64,000 nucleotides of DNA, from positions 11,222,001 to 11,286,000 of the forward strand of contig OZ176050.1 of NCBI GenBank assembly GCA_964247055.1, written 5' to 3'. Positions 1-37,150 of the stretch are shown piece after piece. Under the pieces are notes generated by a model. It worked only from the letters and a program-made list of their open reading frames with translations. It did no database searches and had not been told where the DNA came from. The stretch is from Paragordius varius (lineage: Eukaryota; Animalia; Nematomorpha). The translations under genes and the position numbers were made by a program. Numbering within the stretch: the first letter of the stretch is position 1; each line of letters opens with the position of its first letter.

Positions 1-363
1 CCGAAAGGTAAAAATCTAGTCAGCGTGCATGTGTGCAATGGTAAAATTGAAAAATACAAAATAAACCGCATTTTCTGTTTCTATCAATGTTAGATGTAAT
101 TTAAATAAATAAATTAGCTTTAATTCTACCCTTAAAATTAAATGAAAACGATATTTTGCAAAAATTTTGTAAAATAAAAAGGGAGGCGAAGTAGTTTGAC
201 ATGGAACTTTTTTTTTCAAAACAAAATTTCATTTAGATAATTTGGCATATTTATATAATTTTTATAAGGATAGAAACATAAATAGGACCGTTTCCTTCAG
301 TAGTTTTTTAAAAATCCTAAATTTAGTCTGGGGCATTTGGATATCCCAAATTAAATTAGAGTG
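1..363 (-). mobile_element. Non-autonomous TTAA-flanked (piggyBac-like) element, truncated by the window edge; inverted copy of 46042-46561 and 54000-54560
   Basis: Reverse complement of 1-367 begins TTAA-CACT and shares long tracts with the other two copies (ccccagac, aaaaactactgaaggaaacggt, ttctatcct, aaaattttgttttgaaaaaa-gttccatgtcaaa). Confidence 0.6.
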
Positions 364-2107
364 TTAAAGATAAATGTTAAATTCCAAAAATATTACTAAA
401 ATATTTTATAAATATAAAAACTTAATAATATTTTTATTATGAATTTTGGCTCCAAACCCAAATTTTTTTGCGCTTTTAGAATTTGTTGCTTTTTCCAACA
501 CAAAAACGCTGCAATTTTGAGAAAATTTTTTTATGTTAGATTAAGCAAAAGCATACTTTGTTCAAAAAATTAATTTTAAGCAAATTTTTTTTGAAATTTC
601 CTACTATTTTAAGGCATTATGGAAAAATACTCTTTACGTTTTCTAAAACAAATTTTCTATTTTGATAACGCTGAAAATTTATATCATCTCGGAAGGTTCA
701 TTCACTAATAATAAAACGCTGTATGAAATTTTGACCCAGTGTTATTACATCACAATATTTTTTTTCAAAAAAAACATCTTTCCTCAAAGATCTCCTAAGG
801 AAAATCTTGTTGAAGGGTATTTTTTATCATGGTGTAAAACGGCTTATATACCGTTTAAGATATTATAATAATATACTTTCTTCATCATTCGTGCTGAGCC
901 ATCACCTTAGAATTATAATTATAAGATAAGTTAACTTTTAAATTCCATTTTAAGACTTCATTCCATGTTCACTTTACACAGAGAATTATATATTCGGGTA
1001 GTTCATACCCTAGAACAACTTGTTTATCAGCTATCATTTTAATGGTTTGTTTGAAAAGCATTGATCTCCTGCATTTGATAAATTTATAATTTTTGTTTCT
1101 TTAACCACTGGATGGAATTGGGATAGCTTCGAGGTAATATTTAAATACACAGCTGACATTAAAATCACTAATTATCAAAAACTTGCTGTCAAAATGCTCT
1201 GAAAGTTCTAAAGTTAATAATTTACATTTTTTAGCTATAATATACAATTTTGTCTCTTTTAGTAATTTGAAAAAATCCAAAGAAAAAAAATGGCGGTGAA
1301 AATTTGAAAAATTACATTTTTCATAAAAATGAATCATGCGTCTAAAAAGCTAAATGATGCATTTTTAAATTTACAATATGTTGATTCTGTTAAATATATT
1401 TGAATCTACAGTCGCTCTGGGAAAATCGACTCCAAAAGATAAGTAAGTGTAAAGCTAAACTAAGCCTTTTTTTAAATATTAAAGGTTAATGTTCAGCATC
1501 ATCGCACTACGGAAAAAATATTAAGAGTAGCCCTCAAGTTGGAATAATAAAATTTTAAATTATTTACAAATATTCATTTTATTTAAAATTAATGTTTTAG
1601 AAATATTATTAATATTTAATATAATATAACAATTCTGAATATATTAAACTAAAATCAAATTTTAATCAACGTTTCATGATTTGGAAAAGTTTTTTGTAGA
1701 GTTTTCTAAAGCTAAATTTTATAAGAATTATATGGATTTACATGCAATATAAAACTTTAATATTTTTTCTTTTAATTTAAATATGGTTAAAATTGATTTT
1801 TTGGTTTAAATTCAAAAACTAACATTTTAATTGCTGTAAAGCTGAATGTTTCATTTTCAATGTTTTTACATTTTATATAGATTTTACAAAGCTATATTTT
1901 TCCCATTTTTTGTAAAATATCATTGGGTTAATGTTTTTAATTTTCTTAACGACAATAAATGTTGGCTTAAGCGATTTTCTGGATCTCCTACTATTTATAT
2001 GATGATTTACTGCATCGAATAAATTTAGAACTTTTTTATAGATAAGCAAATTTATCCAAAAATCATTTCTTCTATTTTTTGAATGCATAATATAGGTCAA
2101 TCATATA

Positions 2108-3097
2108 CAGTATGAGTCAGGGCTTGGCACCGGTTCAAAAAAAGTGGAACCGAGACAGGGTCGGTTCAAATGTTTGAACCGGGGTGGTTCCTAAACAAAT
2201 GGAACCGGAACCGCCTGGGTTCCTTAAAAATTTAGCGGTTCCGGAACCAGTTTTTTACATTTAGAACCGGTTCCATTTTCTGTTCCTGACTTTTAATTAA
2301 ATGATTTACAAAATTATTATCATAATAATACAACCAAAAATAAATCAAACAATTTATCATGAATTGCCAAATGTATAGTGAAAGAAATATAGTGTAGCAT
2401 AATAAATGAAACAAATTATAAAAATATAATAGGAAAACATATAAGTACAAAGGTATAAAATGAGAGTTAAATTAAGTATGGCATCTAAAAAAACTTTATT
2501 TAACTAAAAAATACGAAGCTATTCGCTAATCAAACTGCTTCTCAAGTCTGAAAATAGAAACTTAAGGGTGAAAAAATCCTTTCAACGAAGACCTATACAT
2601 ACGAACATATGTATTATAAATAAACTTGAGTTATGACTTATTTTTTTAGAAGAGCCGAATCGTCCATAATTCGAAGAGTATTACTAATATTAGCCGCTTA
2701 GTTTTAGCTTTAAAATATGTTGTAATGAGTGGTGGTACAATAAAATTTAAAAAATAAAATAAAATTTTTATAATAATAACAATAATAATCATATGGGCAC
2801 CAGTAATTAAGGGGTGGAACCGGAACCGGGTTGGTTCCTAATAATAGATAGAACCGGGGTGGTTCCCGGAGAAGTGGAACCGGTTCTTACATGCCGGTTC
2901 CGGTTCCAAGCCCTGGTAAATATACATTGATAGAAAGTTATTAATTATTGCCAAATAGCATATACAACAAGGGGCAATATTATTGGCTTATAGTTTTTTT
3001 CACTTTTTACTATTATTAGCCAATAATAATTGTTTTTGCTGCATTGCTATTAGGTAATAATTAATAACTTTCTATCAATATATTCACATTCATACTG
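2108..3097. mobile_element. Palindromic Tc1/mariner-type MITE, family A (TA-CAGTATGAGT termini), interrupted by a hAT-like insert
   Basis: Starts TA|CAGTATGAGT and ends ATTCATACTG|TA. Removing 2118-2915 restores a ~190-bp hairpin element matching 9480-9668 and 10422-10612. Confidence 0.75.
2118..2915. mobile_element. Non-autonomous hAT-like element with GAACCGG subterminal repeats
   Basis: TIR CAGGGCTTGG...CCAAGCCCTG; clusters of GAACCGG/CCGGTTC at about 2130-2275 and 2815-2910. No clean 8-bp TSD, so the superfamily call rests on the terminal sequence only. Confidence 0.6.
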
Positions 3098-3189
3098 TAA
3101 TAATATATGGTCTATTAAATGAAAGCATGTATAATTTATTATAATTGGTTTAAACGTTCATATATCTCTAGAGAGTTACAGAGCTCTTA

Positions 3190-6100
3190 TTAACATGGTT
3201 TTATTAAAGTATGAAGTTCTAGCATGGCATTAGGCGTAACCTGTATATTCATAAAATTTAAAATATTATGACATTCCACTCTGCTGATGTAACAGTCTCT
3301 AAAAATGTGAGTTGAGTTAGGGTTGGATCTTGAATCAACAATTATAGTTAGTTGCTCTTCAGTTATTTGGGCATTAAACTAAAACCAAACATATGTTTTA
3401 TTGTAACATATTGATTCATAAAATAAAGTTTGTCGGATTATCTTATAACTTGAAGTGTAGGTTGTAGAAAAGTTAGGGAATGTCAGAGTAATTAATAAGG
3501 GATATATTTTTATTAATATAAATTGTAAATCCCATAAAATATCAAAGTAATATATATATATATATATATATATACTTTTTCATCCGCTAAAACAGTGAAT
3601 GGTTCAATCATTCTTGTTCTCAAATTCTCTATGCTGAGTGTGCATGCTCCATTATAATCTTTGGTTGAGATATTAAACTAATAAACAAAATTCCATGAAA
3701 AATTCTTTAAAAATGTAAGTTTAAATAAAATTAATAATCTATTCAAATTTTATTAGTCGAATTATGACCTAAAATTTTATATTTAATTGGAAGGCAGATA
3801 AGGCTTTGGGGGGTGAAGCTTAATAACCTATCATACTGTGACGGGTGTTATTGTTCCCCAATATATTTATTGGTTAAAAATCGCATAAACAAAATATAAA
3901 AAATTTACATTTTTTTCAGTGTAGTTATGTTTTTGGGATTATTTATACTTTAAATAAAAAAACAGGGCCGTTTCTTTTTACCGGCTTTAGAGTTGTAGTT
4001 GTTCATGAAAAGTTTTATGTATTACGGTGCCTAATTTTTTTTACATACGTCTGTTGAAATATTTAATTGGTGTTTATTTAAGAGGATTCTCTATCAGAAG
4101 TTTAAAACCCAAAAGCGCGGTATCAACACTTGTAGAAATCATTAAACATAATGAATGTCTTACCATATTTTATAAAATCTCCTCAATTTTCCTGTGTAAT
4201 TATTGAATACATTCTTTCATATTAAAAAATAGGTAAATATATCATAATATAAATTTATATTATACATACTGGAATTATTTGATATATGGTTAAAGGTAAT
4301 GGTCCAAATATCTTTTTTTCCATAAAAGATGGATGATGTTGCATTAAATCAAGGATTTCATTTTGGCCATCAATTGACAACACAGTTTCAAATTTAACTC
4401 TTATGGTCATAACTATATATTCAGATCCGTTTTGCCTTGTTTTGCGTAATAAAACATCTCTGATAATATCGTAAAATTTAAATTTTATAGACAAAATATA
4501 ATTAATGTTTTTCTAAAAGATAACCAAACTTTTTTAAACCTAATTTTTAGACAATTACAGTATGCATTTTAATGGCTGCTTATTTCACACTATAGTTGGG
4601 TAATTTGCAAACAATGAATGGAAAGAGAATAATGTAAAAAATCGTTTATTTAACATATTAGTGTTTTCCATACACTGTGTTGCAAATTGCACAACTATAT
4701 TAAATTAAGCAACCATAAAAATGCATATTGTAATTATAATTTTGATACGTGCACTTTAATGCTGGTTTATCAAAACTATATTTGGTGAATCGGCCAAATA
4801 GTGTAAGGAAAAAACAACCAAATGTTGAAAAAAATAAACAAAATGTTGTTTGTAAGAAAGAAAAAAATTCAAAATTTTGGTGTTTTTTTCCACATACATT
4901 GCCAATTGACGAACTATATTATGTGAATAAACCAGAATTAAAATGCATAATGGAAAGTATTTGACAAAATCCCTATTCTTTCGCAACCCAAAATGAGTTA
5001 TATTTTGAAAAGGGTTTAAAAGTATGATTTTTTTTCAAATTTTACATTTTAACTGTATATTTTTACTATTACAGTGACAATGGTTACACTAATTTTTTTA
5101 GCCTGTTTTATAAAATAATAATTAAAAGCGCTCAAATAACAAGTAATAAATACAATTTTTATATACCATTACAAATGATAAATGTCAAATATAAATATTT
5201 TGGCAAGTGATATGTTTCGCTTTAATATGGCTTTTAATCGTGCGGTTTAATTTTAATGTGGCCAATTACTTGTTATACTTCTGAAGTGTCAAAATAAAAA
5301 CTATTTATTTTTGTGAATTTTAATTGAATTAAGCTAAAAGAGACTCTTCGGTTCCAGAGAAAGAGTGGAAACCCAGATATGAACTGTATGATTATAATGA
5401 CAAATCGAACAGACATGGCTTAATCTCATTTTTTGGCTATGAATAAAATTATGATTTAAAAATTAGTTAATTAAAAATAGCGGCTCTACTATTATCTATG
5501 CCTTAATAAGGATAATACACACCTCTATTAATGACGACTTCACTTGGTCTGCGTTTTTCGGGAAATCTCTTCAAAATTTTTAATATGTTTTCTTTTTATC
5601 TGATACATTTTGTAAAAAATGTTTTTATCAACAGTTTAACACATATTTTCGCCATTAAAAAACTATAATACATAAAGCAACCCTAATAAAGTACAATAGG
5701 TTATCAAAATTTGTTTTATAATCGTTATTTACTTTAATATATCCTGATGTGTACCGTTCCTGAAAACAATATTGTATCTGCCAAAATTCATCACACTTTT
5801 ACACAATGTACTGAAATCAAGATACAAAGCTAAATATGTACCACAAAATATTTATAAATATTAATTACATAAGTTTAAAGAGAGTAAATACGTTTTCCCA
5901 TATATTCCAAGTAGTAATCATATTTCACTATAAAGTATGGGATTAATATGGTATTTACTTACGGGTTTTGCAGTGGGCAAGGATAACTCGAAAATCGTGA
6001 ATGTGTGGTATATTTTTCTTAAAATAAATTTTTGTGACATAATTGGGGAACGTTAAGTGATTTTTGATATAATAATTATCAAACATTTCAAGTATATATA

Positions 6101-9100
6101 AATGGTTTCGTGTTGGTTGTATAAATCCAACCTATAAAATTAGAACGAATTCATAATATATGGAATAGATATATTTTTACTAACATTACATAAGCTATGG
6201 CTTAGCTATAAATATGAGATGTGCAAGGGTCCGCTACAAAAAACAAAAATGCCTAAGTCTAAAAACACAACAAAGAACAACTCCTAAGCTTGGTAAATTA
6301 ACTAATATGCCTAATTAAGCTTTATATTTTTCTATAACACTAGTCGACAAATTTGGACATTTTTGAGCACCACCACTCAAATTTTTAAATTATGACTAAT
6401 TTCAGTGTTTTAAAACCAAATGTGAAAAATTTTTTGATCCCGCCAATCAGAATTTTGAAATATTATAGGTTTTCAATTTTTCAAAAACAAGGGAAAATCG
6501 AGCGAAAATTAAATATAACCTTATAATAAAATGTTATTATATTATAAACTTAATATCATTTAATAAAGCGTTTTAAACTCTATCTTTTGAATATAAATAT
6601 GTCATTTAATCAGAGAGAAAAAAATACGGACTTAAACGTCAAAATTTAGTCTTTTTCTTTCAAGTAAATTTTTAATACGTATAAAAAAATTTTAAAAAAA
6701 TACTAAAAAAGGCATTCTATGGTTTAAACCTTCGGCTTTTAAATAAGCTATATTTTTTTGTTAGTTTTCGTTCTTTCGATATTTATTAGGCTTTTTTTCT
6801 TGAGTTGGTTCTTACAAAAAATCCTTTATTTATACCTAGTGGATATACTTTATTTTTTAAAATTATTGGTTGTTTTGTATTTTTAATTTCAGATGGATGT
6901 TGTGTAGCCACTTTTAGTAGAATTTACTATTATGGGATTGGACCATTTGTATTTACCTAATCTTTTTATTCCATTTAATTGTAGAATTTATCTAACTTTA
7001 TTCTGTGAATTGGTTAATTTCACATGTCAATTTGCCGGGATTGTGCTTGCAAGTCTCTCTTATCGGGCTTTACGATTACTTATTGTTATCTTTGCCATAT
7101 CTGGCATAATGATCGCTTGGGGGATATGCAGAGCTTGTGCAGCCGCCTGGATCTATCACACTATACATAAGCCCCTTTTAGATTTTTAATACTTTGGCTC
7201 TTAGCTTGTTTCGTATCTTATTTAATGCCTAGAATTTTGTTATTCATGCATGGAATATTACTTGTATCGACTTGTTCGTTTGAATATTTAAACATATCAC
7301 GAGGAATGATTGTTATTTTTAAATTAAATACAAATTTAAAAATTAAATTTCGGAAAAATCCTATTGGTGGCCTCAATTTTTATTTTGTTTTGGCCTTTCC
7401 ATGCCATTAGGTAGCAGAAAACGCAAAAATAATGGGGTGGTGCAAAACCTTGTTGAGCAGTGTAATGCGTTAAAATATTAATGCAAAAATATTCTCCCAG
7501 ATAGGGAATATTTTGTTTTTATTGGATAATGTGAATAGCTTTAATATTTAGGATTTTTTAAAATTAAAATATACCATTTACACTTCAAATTCCCCCTTGA
7601 ACAATTCACGGACAATTTAAATTCACCCTAAAATAAATTATGTGCTTCTATATTTTTTAAAAAATAAAATTTTGTTTAAAATTAAAATAACACTGAAGAA
7701 ATAATTAATTAAGCCATAAAGATATATTTCATATTAATAATCAGTTATTTAAGCCCGAAAACAAATTTTATATATTTGGGGTGAATTTGAATTGTTCAAG
7801 TGCGTATTTGAATTGTAAATGGTATATTAAAATTTTGCCTATTATAATGCAAGAATATGTAATTTATTTTAGCCGGACGTATTATTTTATTTTAGAAAAG
7901 AGCCATTCGATAGTGCATGTATGAATGAGAAAACTTTCAATCTTTAATATATTTATTTTAATGGGCAACGATTCAGTACCTTATTATATAAATGTTATAT
8001 TGAGACTGAAACAGCCTATGATTTCAGATCACAAACAGGGTTGTATTAAAAAAAACTAGTATAAATGCTTGAAAGAATATACATAAAAAAAGTTAATTTT
8101 GGAAAAATATGTACTTTGCTTAAAATTTAATTTCTAGCATTGTTGAAGCATATTTTATGATGTTTAAAATTATAGTGTTAACGGTATTAAAACATCTTAA
8201 GTAATTTTAAAAACTTCTTTTCTGTAGTTTTCGATGATGTATCACCTCGGAATTTTGATTAAAATTTGTTTGTTTTAAAATTTAAGTTAAATAAAAATTC
8301 TGTTTTCTATTGGAAATCAACTTAAATTTAAATATTAAAAATATTGTATAGAGAAAGAGGGTTTTTATAATATCTTAAAGTTTAATACCGTTTCCATAAT
8401 GTCTCAAAATACTATGATTACGCTTCAACCAAATTGGGCTAAAATTTTAATTTGTTATTAAAGTATTTATTTTTTCAAATATAACTTGTTTGATGTCAAC
8501 TAGCATATATTGTAATTATCGCGCTATCTCACAATCGCGTTTATTTTAGCAAACCCGCCCATTTTAGGGGTTTATAATTTGAGTTATGAGTTATTTGATA
8601 CTTTACCCTTTAAGGTATTTTTCTACGAGCAAATATGGACATGCCAAATACTAAATATGCATGTTTTAGCCTTTTATTCGAATGATATTTTTAAAAATGT
8701 AAAATGTCCTCAAACTTTTTTGTCGCCATTTTTTATATATAACGGTAAAACAACAGGCAAATATATGTAATTAGTTAAAAATAAAATTGACTAACTTTAA
8801 AAAGCTATTTACAGACAGGAGTTTGCAATCGAATTATAGACCTGCCCCAACTTTGGTTTGGCAATCAAAGTAAAAAAATTGATGTTAGATAATTATATTT
8901 AAATCTAAACAACTTCAAAACAGTAATTTCAATTTGAGCACTATAGTATAAAACTACCCAAAAATGTAATCGTCTGCTAAAAAATAAAAGGTAAAGTGTT
9001 AAAAATTCAACTTTACCTAAACTTGTTATGAAATATTTGATTTAACCAAACGATATTACGTAAAATAAAGAAACATAAATTTTAAAATATAAATACCAAA

Positions 9101-11974
9101 GAACTCTGAGCTGTGTAAGTATAAGGAACACACCATTCCATAAAACTGTGATAAACGTCATTGACTATAAATGTATAATCGTGTATGTTTGTTCCACAAA
9201 TCCATATTATTTTGGTTAAACTTAGGTTTACTTCCAAAAACAACTAACATTAGAATATAATAATTTTTAGATCGAATTCAATTTGATTTTTAGATGTTTT
9301 TAGCTGATTAGTAGAAAAATGTATAAAAATATTTTATATGTAAAATTTTCTTTTAAATATACATTGGTGGCCAAAAATTAAAAACCTAGGTTATCTCTTT
9401 ATTGGAAAACGGCTAAAGATTAACTACATGCAAATACACTTGGAATTCATGTGTTTAGAAATAAAACATTCGATTATTACAGTATGAGTCAGTAGATATT
9501 GCTGGAAAATTATTAATTATTGCCAAATAGCATATGCAGCAAAGAGAATTATTATTAGCTTAGTAAAAAGTGAAAAAAATAACTATAAGCCAATAATACT
9601 GCCCTTTTTTGCATATGCTATTTGGCAAAAATTAATAACTTTCTAGCAATGTATACTTACTCATACTGTATATTCGGCGTTGAATTATATTTACGAATGT
9701 AAAATTTTATAAAAATGCTTTAGCAATAGAAATACTACATTTCATTTTCCAATAAAAGACAACATCGATTTTTAACAGTTGTTTCGACCGCTGTATGCCC
9801 ATGAAAGAATGCTTTCCTAAGGTATTAAACTGATTGTCAATTATTTAATTTTATTAATGCCAAAAATATAAAATATGTAACAATTAGAATTTTTATATTT
9901 AAAAATATACTTCTATGGCATATTTTCGTGACAATGCATTAATTTTGTCGAATGTGGCAGTCGATATATGTAAATTATATAATGAGGAATTTCCCCTCAA
10001 ATATATTTCATCTATATTCCATACTGCAGTATAATTTTCATAGACAACATTAAAATATTGTTTGTATGGATTAATATTAGCTCTAAAACGATTAAAACAT
10101 AACTACCCGGGCAATAATTCATTTATGTTGATTGTTTGGGACCTACAGAAATCTGTAAAATTATAGGCTTATTTTTACCGAATAAAGAATAAATATATAA
10201 AAATTAAAAACCCTTTAAGTAACTCAAGTAGCACAAAAAGTCTTAATTTTTTCATTATTTAAGTCAAAATGAATTGTTAGTTATAAGGTGTACGAATCTT
10301 CTCAAAAAAATAAAATATATATATAAATTTTAAAATAAACATTAAAACAGTAATGATTTACACTATGAGTAAGAAAAGATTGCCAACTTTTTATTAAACA
10401 TTGCCAGATAGCACATTATTACAGTAAGAGTAAGTATACATTGCTAGAAAGTTATTAATTATTGCCAAATGGTAAATATAACAAAGGGCAGTATTATTGA
10501 CTAATAGTAAAAAGTGAAAAAAATAATTATAAGCCAATAATATTGCCCTTTGTTGTATATGCTACTTGGCAATAATTAATAACTTTCTAGCAATGTATAC
10601 TTACTCATACTGTAATAAAATTACTTAACTACAAAAGCTGGTGGTCCCATTATTCATTTATTATCTTAATATACAATATAAAAGCTAACATATTTTGGTA
10701 AAAGTTCTTTAGCAAACTATGTAGAAATTTTTATTTTATAACTTTTTAAATATTTTTTGGATTCTACAGCTAAATGGTGAGATAATTTAAAATTGGAACA
10801 GAAACGTATGTAAGCAAGGGTTAAATTAGTATAATTTTTTATTTTGGATTATCAATTCAGTTAATGTTGCCTAAATCTTAGTGTACTACTTTGCTTATTT
10901 TGGTGCATTAATGTTGCATAAGGGCAAACTTTTAAAAAGAATTCGATACATTCCATATTTAAAAATATACCTAATTAGACATGTGGTCAGTGAGCAATCT
11001 GTATCGAAGATCACATTATTTGTGTTCAAGTGTTAATAGTTTTATGTTATATTCAACATAAAAATATTTTTATTGTATATTTACAACAATATGGACTTTC
11101 ATTAATTTTGCAAACAAAATAATTACATTTTAACAATTTACTTATATAATATATAAATTTATAAAATTATATATCTAAAACGCTAAAATGATACCAGTTA
11201 GCGTTTTTATTATATTTTTCGGCAAGGAATCATATTTCCATTAAATTTTAATTAGTAATAGGATATTAATTTGATTAGGAAACAAATATTTACCATGATT
11301 TTCAATTGAATAAATATATCGGATTATAATAATACAACATGTTCCGATCAAAATTTGCATTTGATTGCGTTTTGAGGCAAATGACCTTGCAAAATGCTTA
11401 CGTATGAAATTTGATAAATATATATATATATATATAATATATATGTAAAGGTTACCATAATATAAATTCTACCAGTTTTCATTTTTTTATATTTTATATT
11501 ATGAATGGTAAATATATATATATATACATAAGTGCATCCAAAATGTTAAGAATCAGCTAAATAAACATTTTATATAATATACCCAGAAAATATTGAATGA
11601 AAACGAAATACAGGTAATAGGATCTTAAAACCAAATAATAGGATCTATATATTATACCGACTATTTAAAATATTTGTTAATTGAAAGTAAAATAAAATTG
11701 TTTGACTGTCACGGAAAATTTATAAGGCTTAAAAAATGCGCCTCCCCGAAATTCATCAGGGTTAACCGTACGATTGGCCTCTTCTATGAATCTTTGCAGG
11801 TATAAGCTAGGGAAATACGAAAACCAATTTCAGAAATTTACATTATTAAATAAATATCTGTATCTTGACAAATTTATGAGATCCCCTTAAATACCTATAA
11901 TTAATTGACCCTATAGAGCTGTTGTATATTTTGGTTAAAAAAATAAATACTATCAAATCAAAATGATGAAACAT
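3190..11974 (-). CDS. Candidate unidentified multi-exon gene with a possible signal peptide; exon chain only partly resolved and the pieces may belong to more than one gene
   Basis: Open GT-AG-bounded segments: 11895-11974 (MFHHFDLIVFIFLTKIYNSSIGSINY), 11707-11806 (LYLQRFIEEANRTVNPDEFRGGAFFKPYKFSVT), 10107-10152 plus 9911-10082 joined by a 24-nt intron (FCRSQTININELLPGANINPYKQYFNVVYENYTAVWNIDEIYLRGNSSLY...), about 9737-9828, 9097-9243, 3576-3677 and 3190-3379. No family recognised. Confidence 0.4.
4558..4730. mobile_element. Tc1/mariner-type MITE, family B (TA-CAGTATGCATTTTAATGG termini)
   Basis: Terminal inverted repeats flanked by TA; further copies at 39819-40030 and 42212-42323. Confidence 0.7.
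7574..7822. mobile_element. MITE with TA|CCATTT termini (family C)
   Basis: TA|CCATTTACACTTCAAAT...ATTTGAATTGTAAATGG|TA with internal aattcaaattcaccc repeats; related to 24925-29183 and 35273-35561. Confidence 0.7.
8140..8410. repeat. Dispersed repeat family with further copies near 56260-56540 (inverted) and 60730-61000
   Basis: Shared tracts such as tatcac(c/a)tcggaattttgattaaaatt and ttataatat(c/t)ttaaag...cgtttcca. Ends were not defined. Confidence 0.45.
9480..9668. mobile_element. MITE family A, intact copy
   Basis: TA|CAGTATGAGT...ACTCATACTG|TA; largely self-complementary. Confidence 0.8.
10422..10612. mobile_element. MITE family A, intact copy
   Basis: TA|CAGTAAGAGTAAGTATACATTGCTAGAAAG...CTTTCTAGCAATGTATACTTACTCATACTG|TA; long near-perfect arms. 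Confidence 0.8.
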
Positions 11975-12451
11975 TTAGCTAGATAAAAATGGAATACAGA
12001 TTAGCGAATTAGTTTATAGCACCGCATAGTTCATACTTTCAATAAAAACCAAGAAATTATAATCAAAGGGAATAAAAATTAGACAATTTTTATATTATAT
12101 TTTTTTCGGTTATAGTAAAATATAAATAGCAGTGTTTTAAATTTGTTTTTTATCCTTTAATTTTTATTCATAAGGAATATACGCCAAGATTCTAAGAAGT
12201 ACACAATATTTTTGCATTAACGTTACTCATTAATTTATCAATACATTCAAAAATAGTAATTATTAAAAATATTCTATAAATTATTGTCTATATGAATAAC
12301 AAAATAGGTATAGATAGGTGCTTTATAAAATAAGCGTATTCTTGATTGATTATGTATTGCATTGAGATTCTTGATTTTTGATTCGATGCAAAAACTATAA
12401 ATTATGAAAATGTTGCAACATAAGGTATATTTTATCAAAAACATTTTATTA

Positions 12452-37019
<24,568 letters not shown>

Positions 37020-37150
37020 CCATCAAAACAAAATTTATCTTTTTTTAGTGAGATTCATCAGAGCAATTGAGATTCATTTCGTATATACGCCTAATAAAAC
37101 AGCTGAAAGAGTCAAAATTACTCGTTTTATATCTGTTCCTCGATAACCAC
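37020..37150. promoter_or_regulatory. Probable bidirectional promoter region between DAPK and VDAC
   Basis: Only 131 bp separates the divergent start codons. Inferred from gene geometry; no motif was identified. Confidence 0.6.

Noticed and set aside
6932-7189. 85-aa hydrophobic ORF as a membrane protein
   Set aside because: No recognisable motif or supporting splice structure; hydrophobic ORFs are expected by chance in T-rich DNA.
10029-10043. 15-nt plus-strand intron joining two open frames
   Set aside because: The minus strand gives a cleaner, phase-consistent exon pair with a 24-nt intron; the plus-strand openness is probably a shadow of that.
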